64,000 nt of DNA from a virus. The stretch's first letter is position 1. Each line of letters starts with the position of its first letter. Under the pieces are notes generated by a model. That model had not been told where the DNA came from, searched no databases, and saw only the letters and a list, made by a program, of their open reading frames with translations. Positions 15,263 to 24,123 of the stretch are shown piece after piece. The stretch spans positions 64,001 to 128,000 of the IMG/VR virus record IMGVR_UViG_3300046777_002658; one strand, given 5' to 3'. A program made the position numbers and the translations under genes.

Positions 15263-15484
15263 ATGAGGCTGAACAAGAATAAACAACCTTCCCATATTGA
15301 GAAAGTGTTATCAGCTTTAGAAAGTCAGACTCATGGTGCTACAAGAGAGCACTTGAGAGTAATAACTGACCTTCCTAATGATGTTGTTGAAAGAAGATTA
15401 AAAGAGCTCGTTGAGCAAGGAGAGGTTGAGTTAATCAAACGCCCGGGCAGGAAAGGCTACCTTTATCTTAAAAAAGAAGAGTGA
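15263..15484 (+). CDS. Small winged-helix DNA-binding protein
   Basis: ATREHLRVITDLPNDVVERRLKELVEQGEV pattern. Confidence 0.65.
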   Translation: MRLNKNKQPSHIEKVLSALESQTHGATREHLRVITDLPNDVVERRLKELVEQGEVELIKRPGRKGYLYLKKEE

Positions 15485-15511
15485 AGGGAATTTTGTTAAA
15501 GAGAGGGAAGC

Positions 15512-15763
15512 ATGGAAATAGTAGTAATTCTAAAGAAAATTGGCAAGCACAGCGAAGTGCAGCCAATAGTATTCTTTGACCCAGCAGAGGGTCATAAATA
15601 CTGGGAAGAGATTAAAGCAGACTTCTTACGGGACGAAGACAGTCGTTATTACGACTGTGAGCTCTGGCAAGGAAAGCCAGACTCTCTGAGAAGGATAGAA
15701 TACTTACAGGGGGCTTATAACATTAAAAGACTGGTCAACCTATCAAGGCAACCAGTCTTTTAA
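15512..15763 (+). CDS. Hypothetical protein (83 aa)
   Basis: ORF after motif 15470. Confidence 0.7.
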   Translation: MEIVVILKKIGKHSEVQPIVFFDPAEGHKYWEEIKADFLRDEDSRYYDCELWQGKPDSLRRIEYLQGAYNIKRLVNLSRQPVF

Positions 15764-15784
15764 TTTAAAAAAGTATAGAGTAGC

Positions 15785-16597
15785 TTACAGGGCAAAGCTC
15801 TCTTCTAAGGAAAGCAGCCGGCGCAGTCTTATGATTTCTTGATTAGATTCTTGAAGCATTACTCTTTCACTCTTAAAATGCTTGCATCTAAGGCGCAGTC
15901 TTATGATTTCTTGATTAGATTCTTGAAGCTTATCACTAAGTTCTTCTAGTTTATATGTTAGCTCATCAACCTTCTTTTCCAACTGAGCATAGGTTGGCTT
16001 GCTAGTCCTTTCTTGTTGAGCAGCTAGTTCTTCTCTCTCTTTAAAGTAGAGATGATGATCTAGTTCTTTAAGGTTATAGCCTGCTTCCCTCTTTTTAATG
16101 CCCCAAGTGATAATCTTGAGAGTAATCTGCAGTCTATAGCAAGCTTCGCTTTCTTGTAGCTTTAAGTCTTCTACTATATCCCAATTTTCTGCCAGCCTCA
16201 TGTAGTTCCAAGCCTGCGATCGCTTCAGACTAGCATTAGAGTTCTTACCATAAAAGGTTTGAAGATAGTGCTCAAAAGAGTTAAACACCCCTATGTCTGA
16301 GACAATAGGTTTCTCTTTTGAAGCACCCCGCAGAGCTTCTCTTATCTTTATCAGAAACTCACCAGAGTTCTTATAGTGAGTAAGGCTTTTAAAGCGATAG
16401 CTCTGGGATGTCTCATAAGCTTCCTTAGCAACTAGAAGTTCATTCATGCTGGCATTGTGATAAGATAGTAGGTATACGGAAGGCACCGGCTCATCCATAA
16501 ATTCTAACTCTTCGATGAAAAAGTCGTTCGTATCAATCATAATAAACCTTTGGTACTTTTGATAGGTAGTCCATTTCGCTGGACTACCTATTTCCAT
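15785..16597 (-). CDS. DUF3102-like protein with coiled-coil tail; paralog of 22488-23123
   Basis: GEFLIKIRE...FNSFEHYL...LKRSQAWNYMRLAENW; shares LAENWDxVExLKL and GYxLKELDHHLYF with the paralog. Confidence 0.7.
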   Translation of the reverse strand: MEIGSPAKWTTYQKYQRFIMIDTNDFFIEELEFMDEPVPSVYLLSYHNASMNELLVAKEAYETSQSYRFKSLTHYKNSGEFLIKIREALRGASKEKPIVSDIGVFNSFEHYLQTFYGKNSNASLKRSQAWNYMRLAENWDIVEDLKLQESEACYRLQITLKIITWGIKKREAGYNLKELDHHLYFKEREELAAQQERTSKPTYAQLEKKVDELTYKLEELSDKLQESNQEIIRLRLRCKHFKSERVMLQESNQEIIRLRRLLSLEESFAL

Positions 16598-16690
16598 ATT
16601 AACAGCTTATTAGCAGAAGTGTGTGCGATCGCTCTTTCAAAGAAAAAAAGAAGAGTGAGTGAAGTTATTTGTTGTTTAAGGGGGATTACC

Positions 16691-17563
16691 GTGGAATTAC
16701 TTAAAAGAAAATTTGAGAGCTTTGAAGATGCTAACTACTGGGTAGCTGGCTTGTCTAAAGCCATCAACACTACCTATATTCCTAGTGGTAATAGCATAGA
16801 GGAAGTGTATGCTTCCTTCCTGAAGATACAACTGGGTCGGAGCTTCAACCATAACTGTGGGTTTGGCTCTGCTAACCTTGAGATGGTATTCAACGAGGGT
16901 GCCATGACCTTTCACTACTCCAGCACGTCTGGTACGTATGTCTTCTTGCAGTATTGCTTCTCCGACAAGATGGAGTTTAAGGGTGGAAGCGTCGAGTGTT
17001 CCATACCAGACCACAGAGTAGGCGGACAGCACTATGAGTTAATCACTCAACTCATCTATGACTACAAGTGGTCTAAAGATGGTGAGGTAGTTGTTCCCTT
17101 AGAGCTAATAAGCTTGAACCCTGAAGGTACAGAGTTTCCAACTCCTACTTGGGTTCTGGATGACTTAGCTAACCGAAGAGCTCAGAACAACCCAGAAGAG
17201 CGGGATGCTCAACTGCTGGAGTTTGGTTACACTCCTGTAGCTAAACCTATAGGCTTTGAGAGAGCCTGGGAGAATCCTAACCCTGAAGTCTATTATCCTT
17301 ATATAGTTCTCTCTGAGCAGTACAGTCATAACAGCAAGAACTACTTCATTCTGAGGGAGGGTAGTTGTGTGGAGCGTGACTACTCTGTCTCCTATAGGAG
17401 ACTACTGGAGATTCTGGCTGAACCTCCTAAAGAGAGCCGCCGAGCTCGCAGGACTAGAAGGTCAAAGTCAGAGGAAGTGGTAGAAGTAGAAGTAGAAGAC
17501 TACGACTACGACTACGACTACAACTATGAAGAGTCTGAATACACTGACGAGGATGAGAGTTAA
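16691..17563 (+). CDS. Hypothetical protein with acidic tail (track start 16550)
   Basis: GTG 16691 after AAGGGG and motif 16642; ends EVEDYDYDYDYNYEESEYTDEDES. Confidence 0.8.
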   Translation: MELLKRKFESFEDANYWVAGLSKAINTTYIPSGNSIEEVYASFLKIQLGRSFNHNCGFGSANLEMVFNEGAMTFHYSSTSGTYVFLQYCFSDKMEFKGGSVECSIPDHRVGGQHYELITQLIYDYKWSKDGEVVVPLELISLNPEGTEFPTPTWVLDDLANRRAQNNPEERDAQLLEFGYTPVAKPIGFERAWENPNPEVYYPYIVLSEQYSHNSKNYFILREGSCVERDYSVSYRRLLEILAEPPKESRRARRTRRSKSEEVVEVEVEDYDYDYDYNYEESEYTDEDES

Positions 17564-17626
17564 GGTAAGGAGGGGGCATCAAGCCCCCCTTTTCTTAAGG
17601 AAAAAAGAATAGAGTGTGTATAAACT

Positions 17627-18148
17627 ATGCTTGTGAAAAGAGAAATGATTGAACAATTAAAGCTAACTCTTCCTGTACATCTGTATGGTGTAGGTAAAGC
17701 TAAGTCTTTTGAAGGGCTCCTGAAAGAAATAGAAGACGGGGAGACCCAGATGGTCTTTGAAAACGACCTGCCAGTCAGACTAATCCAGGTTGCTAGAGTA
17801 TATGTCTTCCACAAAGACCAACAGCTTGTAGAAAGCAAGCAGACCATCAAGGGTCAGGGAGATAGACTCAGAAACCTTGAATGTGTTTCTGAGAAGTTTA
17901 AGTTATCAGAGTCTGCTCTAGATGCAGCGTGTCGTGGCATTCAGGAGGAGTTGGGAGTGAGCGTGTCATATTCTGAATTACAGTTTTTAGGTAAAAAGAC
18001 AGGGGAGCGGGTGAGTCCCAGCTATCCAGGATTGATGACCCGGTATGATTTCTTTGACTTCAAGTGGGATATGCCAGAACGGCTTTACAAGTCTGAAGGG
18101 TATATAGCTGACGAAGGGGATTGTATAACCTTTTTTAACTGGAAGTAG
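17627..18148 (+). CDS. NUDIX hydrolase-like protein
   Basis: Degenerate Nudix box SEKFKLSESALDAACRGIQEELGV. Confidence 0.7.
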   Translation: MLVKREMIEQLKLTLPVHLYGVGKAKSFEGLLKEIEDGETQMVFENDLPVRLIQVARVYVFHKDQQLVESKQTIKGQGDRLRNLECVSEKFKLSESALDAACRGIQEELGVSVSYSELQFLGKKTGERVSPSYPGLMTRYDFFDFKWDMPERLYKSEGYIADEGDCITFFNWK

Positions 18149-18196
18149 GCGGAAGGGGCTTGATGCCCCTTTTCTTAAAGAAAAAAAGAATAGCGT

Positions 18197-18661
18197 ATGA
18201 AAGTGTTTACCACTATTAATCCTATGAACGTTACCTACGAACTCACCCTCCTAAACTCAATAGTAACCAACCAAGCTAAGGAGCTAGAGCTCCTTAGACA
18301 ACAGATAGAAGAAATGTCTACACCAAAGTCTCATGACTACAGTAAGTGTTGGAAGACAAAGGATGGCAAATTGCTCTCCTACTGTGAGATGACCGACTAC
18401 CACTTGTTCTGTGCTATCCAGAAAGTGTGGTCTACAAGTCCATCAGTAGCTCCTCTGTTAAAAGAGGCACAAGCTAGATGGCACAGCATCCTTATTGACG
18501 AGACAGACAAAAACAGAAGTTGTTTAGAGTTTAGTGGAGACTTTAGAATCTCAGACCTTTTGTCAACAGAATACGTTTTCTCTCCTTTAAGAAGGAAAGC
18601 TATCTTGCTGGCTTATAAAAGCCTAAGGCAAGCCGGGGTGGATGTGGCTTTGACTATCTAG
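18197..18661 (+). CDS. Hypothetical protein (154 aa)
   Basis: ORF directly after motif 18180. Confidence 0.75.
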   Translation: MKVFTTINPMNVTYELTLLNSIVTNQAKELELLRQQIEEMSTPKSHDYSKCWKTKDGKLLSYCEMTDYHLFCAIQKVWSTSPSVAPLLKEAQARWHSILIDETDKNRSCLEFSGDFRISDLLSTEYVFSPLRRKAILLAYKSLRQAGVDVALTI

Positions 18662-18727
18662 AAGCGGTGTAGGTAGAGGGTTTACGCTCACCTACTCTTA
18701 ACCTTTTCCTTTCTAGTAAATTGTAAA

Positions 18728-18991
18728 ATGACAACAACTTATAAGCTATGCCAAGCAGTTGGCACTTACAGCATTGACTCTTACTTGCATGAGTCAATCA
18801 AGCTCAATCCTGGTAAACCTCATTACCTGAGGGTGAGCCTGACATCCACTGCCTATAGAAATGTAGTGACAGTGATTAGAGTTAAAGTAGATTCTATGAA
18901 GAGTCTACATGGGAAAATCATTAACTTGAGAGCACTATACCAAAAGAAATGGGGTGTCCCCCCGGATGAGGTGGTAGTAAGCCGGGGTTAG
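18728..18991 (+). CDS. Hypothetical protein (87 aa)
   Basis: ORF; followed at once by the GACGAACAGTTCGTC palindrome. Confidence 0.7.
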   Translation: MTTTYKLCQAVGTYSIDSYLHESIKLNPGKPHYLRVSLTSTAYRNVVTVIRVKVDSMKSLHGKIINLRALYQKKWGVPPDEVVVSRG

Positions 18992-19049
18992 TGACGAACA
19001 GTTCGTCAAGAGAGCATTAAGCCTCTCTTCATGGAAAAAAGAATAGTGG

Positions 19050-19610
19050 GTGAGTTTCAAGTACACAACTGCTGCAGCAGTTTTAACCATGCCTTATATT
19101 CATATCAAGATATCAGACAACGTGGCAGCTCTCCTAGAGGAAGCTAGATCCACTGGTAGTGGATTTGAGTTCAAGTCCAACTTACATGGGTTAGACATAC
19201 AGGTCAGCCCAGGAGTAAAACCTACCCTCACAGGTTCTTTCAGCAACTTTAAGGTTGTTGCCGAACCACAAATAGTAGTAGAGGACAGAGTGCTCATAGA
19301 ACAACCTCCAGAACAACCACAACCCTCTAACGTTGTTTCTATCAAGCTACCTCACAGCAAAGAAGCAGAAATAGAGAATCGCAGGAATCTGTTAGTAGCT
19401 TTACTACAGAGGGGTTACCGACCAGGTATGACTCAAGCAGAAATAAGGGAGCTAATGCTCCAAGACTGCGGGGTTGAGTGTTCAGTTACTACTGTAAACA
19501 ATGATCTTAATGAACTCAAGAAAAGAGGCACAATCACCTCTTATACCGAGCGGGGCGTGGGCATAGTTTATAAAGTAGTGGAGCCCCCAACTAAAGCTTT
19601 ACCTTTTTAG
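19050..19610 (+). CDS. Protein with C-terminal helix-turn-helix
   Basis: MTQAEIRELM...CSVTTVNNDLNELKKRG. Confidence 0.65.
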   Translation: MSFKYTTAAAVLTMPYIHIKISDNVAALLEEARSTGSGFEFKSNLHGLDIQVSPGVKPTLTGSFSNFKVVAEPQIVVEDRVLIEQPPEQPQPSNVVSIKLPHSKEAEIENRRNLLVALLQRGYRPGMTQAEIRELMLQDCGVECSVTTVNNDLNELKKRGTITSYTERGVGIVYKVVEPPTKALPF

Positions 19611-19808
19611 GGTAATCAAGGGAGTGTAACAGCTCCCTATCTCTTTAAAAGAAAAAAAGAATAGGGAATGAGTATAAAACTCTCTCTGTGTACTGGGTAG
19701 TTATTTCAGAAATAACTACCCATTTTTTATATCATCTGCTGATCGTTTTTATAAGAAAAAAGAATAGTGGATGAATTAGTAAACACTCAACAATCTTTAA
19801 GGTAAAAA

Positions 19809-20558
19809 ATGACTACTAACACAAGCACCGCTTCCTCTTCCTCTTTAGACCAAGCTGAATACTCTCCGCTAGAATTTGTAGCTATGCTACAGAACGATCC
19901 TCAAAGGGCACACTTGGTACATCAAATTCCAGAGATATTCTTTCAGCAGGCAAAGGCAAACTGCTCAACGTTCATAATCACCCCCGATATGATTGCTGAC
20001 CGTCTGCTGAACATTCAAGTAGCAGAACCCTTAGTGGAAGGAGACTCAGCAGTCAACATCAAACTGCGCCTTGTAGCTAGAGTAGATGAGCACTTCAACT
20101 TTATTCCTTTAGCCAAACAGGGTGAAGCTGATGAAAACGAGGACATTCCTTCAGCTTGGCTAAAAGGATTCAACTCTACTTTTATATCTTTAAACAACTC
20201 TTCTGTTAAAGCAGGACTTTTAACAGACAGAGAGTTGAAGTCTCTTGTAAACCACGCTGAGTTTTACGAGACCATTCCATTGGATGAAACAGGTCTCAGG
20301 TCTGCTTACTACAAAGACCCAAAGTACAAAAAAAACAAAATGAACCTCTCTGGAGTAGAAGGAGCAGAGGGTCAGTTCCAGTTCTTAATGGAAGTAAGAC
20401 AAAAAGGTAATAATGCCGGGGAGGAAACTCTTGGCATTGTTGTTAAGTTCTGGACTCCGGGAGCGTTTAAGTTCCTCGGTGGTGGTAATGCACGGGTAGT
20501 CTCCCTTAATGCTGTAACACCTGCCACTGGTTGGACATATAAATCTGCTAAGAAATAA
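19809..20558 (+). CDS. Hypothetical protein (249 aa)
   Basis: AAGG RBS, motif 19755 upstream, hairpin 20565-20590 downstream. Confidence 0.85.
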   Translation: MTTNTSTASSSSLDQAEYSPLEFVAMLQNDPQRAHLVHQIPEIFFQQAKANCSTFIITPDMIADRLLNIQVAEPLVEGDSAVNIKLRLVARVDEHFNFIPLAKQGEADENEDIPSAWLKGFNSTFISLNNSSVKAGLLTDRELKSLVNHAEFYETIPLDETGLRSAYYKDPKYKKNKMNLSGVEGAEGQFQFLMEVRQKGNNAGEETLGIVVKFWTPGAFKFLGGGNARVVSLNAVTPATGWTYKSAKK

Positions 20559-20678
20559 TCCTGTTAGACCTGGTTCACTAAACCAGGTCTGACTTTCTTT
20601 CTTCTCTCTCAACTAACTCTTTTAAATAAGAAAAAAGAACAGAGAAGGATTACCTTATAAGTACCAAAGGCAAATCCC

Positions 20679-21302
20679 ATGTCTGATCGAATCTTGCATC
20701 GTGGTTGGGTTAAGTCTATACGTGAGCTCAAGTCCCATAAAGTAGAGCTTGCTATCAAGTCTAAGTACCCAGCCATCCCTATTATAGGTCTGTTAGCAGT
20801 CCACCTAGCAGTAGAGTGGTTCAGACCAACTGACTGTGTTGAATACAGAAGAGCATCGGAGTTAAAAGACGAAAAGCTAGGTCAGAGCTTTGATGACTTA
20901 ACTGTAGAGTTAGTCATTCCGGTGCTAGAGAGACTGGCTGGTGATCGCTGGTTGGTATGGTTTCCTAATGTAGAAGTAGAGCTTTCAACAGCTCCTACAG
21001 AGATAACTATAGAGCATGACAACCTGGAGTTAAAGTACAAGTGGAGTAAGTACAAACAAGACTATCTTCGCACTGCTAAACCAGAGCTGGGGGGGCGCAT
21101 CCTGTTCTTCCCACCTAGTGAGGTTTCCTTACACTCTATCTTAGAGCAGCCAGCTCAACTGGGAGCTAACGTGGCTGACATTCCTTTTGTGTACCCAAGT
21201 GATGATGAAGAGGACATAGCTAGGAATGCTGAGAGAGAGGAAAAAGACTACTTCTCCAGAGAGATTAGTGCGACAGAGGCTTGGGAGTTAGTGCGCTCTT
21301 AG
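20679..21302 (+). CDS. Hypothetical protein (207 aa)
   Basis: ORF after motif 20630. Confidence 0.8.
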   Translation: MSDRILHRGWVKSIRELKSHKVELAIKSKYPAIPIIGLLAVHLAVEWFRPTDCVEYRRASELKDEKLGQSFDDLTVELVIPVLERLAGDRWLVWFPNVEVELSTAPTEITIEHDNLELKYKWSKYKQDYLRTAKPELGGRILFFPPSEVSLHSILEQPAQLGANVADIPFVYPSDDEEDIARNAEREEKDYFSREISATEAWELVRS

Positions 21303-21336
21303 TGGGGTACACTAAATCTAGTAAATCTAGAGAGCT

Positions 21337-21696
21337 ATGCACCCCATAAAGATAATAGGGTTGTTATTTGCAGCCCTAACCACTCCAGCCCTTGCTTGGG
21401 TGAGTGTCGGTCTAGGCAGTGGTGTTTACCCATTAGTGAAGCATTCTGCCTACCCCGCTCCAGGAACTTATACTCTCAAAACCAAAGTATTAGGGTTCTG
21501 CGGGGGTAAAGATTATATAACGTTCTCCTACAAATTCTCGAAGGAGAACTGTGTGGTTGTCTTCTTGTCAGATGATGAAAGGTTGAGAGTAGAAGACCCT
21601 CGCAACTTGTTAACCCACCAAGACCAGAAAGGTCAAGCCACCCTAGCAGTTGATGGGTTTAACAGACCCACATTGGTGGGGTGGAGTAATGAGTGA
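21337..21696 (+). CDS. Hypothetical secreted protein
   Basis: Signal-peptide-like start MHPIKIIGLLFAALTTPALA. Confidence 0.7.
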   Translation: MHPIKIIGLLFAALTTPALAWVSVGLGSGVYPLVKHSAYPAPGTYTLKTKVLGFCGGKDYITFSYKFSKENCVVVFLSDDERLRVEDPRNLLTHQDQKGQATLAVDGFNRPTLVGWSNE

Positions 21697-22174
21697 GGAG
21701 CAACCGCCATCCACTAGAGAAAGTATAGTAAGGTGCTGCTTTGGTATGTTCTTACTTACTGTCAGTCTGCATGGTGTAGCAGGTGAGTTTCCCAACCCAC
21801 TACCAACTCTAGCAAGTGACTGGATGCCAAAGCCCATAGAACAACCTAGAATAGGGTTCTACAAGTACATCAAAGTCCTCGGCTCAGGTGATCGCTATTA
21901 CCTTCTCAACCTAAATACAGATAGGGGAGTTGTCAAGAACGTTAGAGCAACTTTAATGCCGGGTAGCTACTGGAAGAATGTTACTATTAACTCAGAAGGT
22001 AGAGTAACCCGTAAGGAGCTATCAAAGTCTAGAGACACAGGCTGCCTTGAGAGGGCTGTTATTATGCGAAGGTCTGGCATAGTAAGCGTAGGTGGTATAC
22101 AAGTGACTGACGCGCAAGGGAACTTCTACGGGAATGTTGATTTAGTTAATTGTGAGAAGAAGGAAGTGGAGTAA
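21689..22174 (+). CDS. Hypothetical membrane-anchored protein (track start 21650)
   Basis: Hydrophobic N-terminal segment; start overlaps the previous stop. Confidence 0.65.
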   Translation: MSEEQPPSTRESIVRCCFGMFLLTVSLHGVAGEFPNPLPTLASDWMPKPIEQPRIGFYKYIKVLGSGDRYYLLNLNTDRGVVKNVRATLMPGSYWKNVTINSEGRVTRKELSKSRDTGCLERAVIMRRSGIVSVGGIQVTDAQGNFYGNVDLVNCEKKEVE

Positions 22175-22178
22175 CACT

Positions 22179-22412
22179 ATGAAAATAACAGTCAGCATAG
22201 AGATTGATGCAGAAGACGCTGGACACCTTATTGCTTTTGCTCACTTGTTATCAGATTGGGAGGAAGCAATAGACAATCAGATGGATGATGTTCTGAAAGC
22301 TTTCTGTTATGCCTCAGACCATCTAGTAGGTATAGAGAATAAAGAGATAGAAATGAAATGTAGTGAGCAGCAAGCTAACAGGTACAAGAAGCTTTTAGAG
22401 AAGTTAAGGTAA
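22179..22412 (+). CDS. Hypothetical protein (track start 22152)
   Basis: GGAG RBS; 17-bp GC-rich hairpin at about 22416-22454 downstream. Confidence 0.7.
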   Translation: MKITVSIEIDAEDAGHLIAFAHLLSDWEEAIDNQMDDVLKAFCYASDHLVGIENKEIEMKCSEQQANRYKKLLEKLR

Positions 22413-22487
22413 AGGGAAGGGGGCTGGTTATTTCATTAATAACCAGCCCCCTTCAGCCCCGCCTTGCTTGCCCTAAAAGAAAAAAGA

Positions 22488-23123
22488 TTATGAGTTTTTC
22501 AAACAGAGTTCAGCCTTGAGTCTGTCATTCTCCAACATTAGATGTTGGTTCTTCTCTGTTACGTCCTGTAAGAGAGCTCTCAATGCACTAACCTCTATTT
22601 GTAACTCTTTCTTTGAAGGTACTTTAGGGTCGGGCTCTCCCTTACCTCTTTTCTCATCAAAATAAAGATGGTGGTCTAACTCTTTGAGATCGTAACCTTG
22701 CGACCGCTTCTCAAGTCCCCATCTAATGATATCCATAGTGATCTCAAGCCGATAAGCTGCATTTTCCTCCATGAGCTTTAGCTCTTCAACTACGTCCCAG
22801 TTCTCAGCCAGCTTGATATACTTGTATATCTGAGTTTTCTTCAAGCCAGACTCATAAGACTGATGTTCGCGCAGGAAGTGGTCAAAGGAAGTAAACTCTC
22901 CCATATCCGAAGAGACTGGGTGTAGCTTACTTGCTCCAGCAAGACTGTTTTTAATGTGAAGAAATTCAACCCCACAGTCTTTGTACATCACTAAGCTTTT
23001 CTTACGATGCTTTTGAGAAGTGCTATACTCCTTCTGTCCTTCTAGCCAGTTATTCATACCTTGTTTGTAGTATACTGAAAGAAGGACTTGCTCTCCTGGA
23101 AAAGAAAACTGATTAGCTGTCAT
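22488..23123 (-). CDS. DUF3102-like protein with coiled-coil tail; paralog of 15785-16597
   Basis: Clear shared blocks with 15785-16597. Confidence 0.7.
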   Translation of the reverse strand: MTANQFSFPGEQVLLSVYYKQGMNNWLEGQKEYSTSQKHRKKSLVMYKDCGVEFLHIKNSLAGASKLHPVSSDMGEFTSFDHFLREHQSYESGLKKTQIYKYIKLAENWDVVEELKLMEENAAYRLEITMDIIRWGLEKRSQGYDLKELDHHLYFDEKRGKGEPDPKVPSKKELQIEVSALRALLQDVTEKNQHLMLENDRLKAELCLKNS

Positions 23124-23257
23124 AGCTCTAAGTTAATAAGGTTTACTATTAGTCGTTTAGTTGTTTAGTAAAAAAAAATAACTGAACGACTATTTCAATA
23201 GTAACTCTTTTCCACAAGAAAAAAGAATAGTGAGAGTAATCAAGTGAGAGACCAGCC

Positions 23258-24013
23258 ATGTCAGAACCCAACCCAGTAGACAAAGATATTAAAAAGACTA
23301 TTGATAGTTGGCTTCTCTCTTTACCTTATAAAGAGGGAGACGTAGTGAAGTGTTACTATCCCGATGGGTTACTGCAACCAAAAGAATTAGAAATAGAAGA
23401 GTTAGAAATCTCCTCTAACTGTGCAAGTGGAGTAAGAGTACAGCTCAAAGGAATTAGAACGCGAACAGGCACAGAGTTATGGTTAGACTCTGATTGGATA
23501 GAACCTACCCGAGTAGAAGTAAAAGCAGCAGAGGCAGAGGAGTCAAAAGCAATAACAGATACCAAATGGATTGCTGTAGACCCAGATAACTTACCAGAGG
23601 GTGAGGTGTTGGCTATCAGTAAAGATAGACTGAGACCAGTAATAGGTGAGATTAAAATCCACAAGAACGGGGGTTTATACTGCCAGGATGATGAGGGACA
23701 TTCCATTACTCCTGAGGCTTACCAGCCTTTAGAAGCTGTTCACCAACTATGGGAAGGTCATAATCCATCTGCTGGATATTCTAAAGATAGTGATGCCTTC
23801 AAGTTACTAGAGTGGATTATTGAGTCTGATAGTAGTTTAGGTAAAGCATTAGAAGAAATACCTATCAAAGCTGGACACACAATAAAGATACTAGCTCAAC
23901 AGATAATTAAACTGTCGAGGCTTGTAGAAGATGCCCCTCAGAGTCCTGAGAGAAACTCAAGTGACTTCTTTCAAGAATTAATTTACTGGATTAAAGATTA
24001 CATAGCTGATTAG
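23258..24013 (+). CDS. Hypothetical protein (251 aa)
   Basis: ORF after motif 23218; C-terminal half paralogous to 25314-25812. Confidence 0.8.
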   Translation: MSEPNPVDKDIKKTIDSWLLSLPYKEGDVVKCYYPDGLLQPKELEIEELEISSNCASGVRVQLKGIRTRTGTELWLDSDWIEPTRVEVKAAEAEESKAITDTKWIAVDPDNLPEGEVLAISKDRLRPVIGEIKIHKNGGLYCQDDEGHSITPEAYQPLEAVHQLWEGHNPSAGYSKDSDAFKLLEWIIESDSSLGKALEEIPIKAGHTIKILAQQIIKLSRLVEDAPQSPERNSSDFFQELIYWIKDYIAD

Positions 24014-24123
24014 AGTTAAGAGGGAGGCAACTCTCTACCCTAGTAACCAACTCATGAGATAGTTTGTGTAACTCTGCTGGTAAGAAAAAAAGCCAAAAGA
24101 GAGGATTCCTCACACAAATTACT

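Noticed and set aside
15820-15929. 38-bp direct repeat separated by 34 bp, a CRISPR-like geometry
   Set aside because: Only two copies, with a 72-bp in-frame period inside ORF 15785-16597 duplicating LQESNQEIIRLR; no leader or cas genes.
16550-16690. 5' extension of track ORF 16550-17563
   Set aside because: It overlaps the antisense gene start and the A-rich motif; GTG 16691 with an RBS is more plausible.
18993-19007. Palindrome as a LexA box
   Set aside because: The Gram-positive box is GAAC-N4-GTTC and the cyanobacterial box is GTAC-based; this one has a 1-nt spacer.
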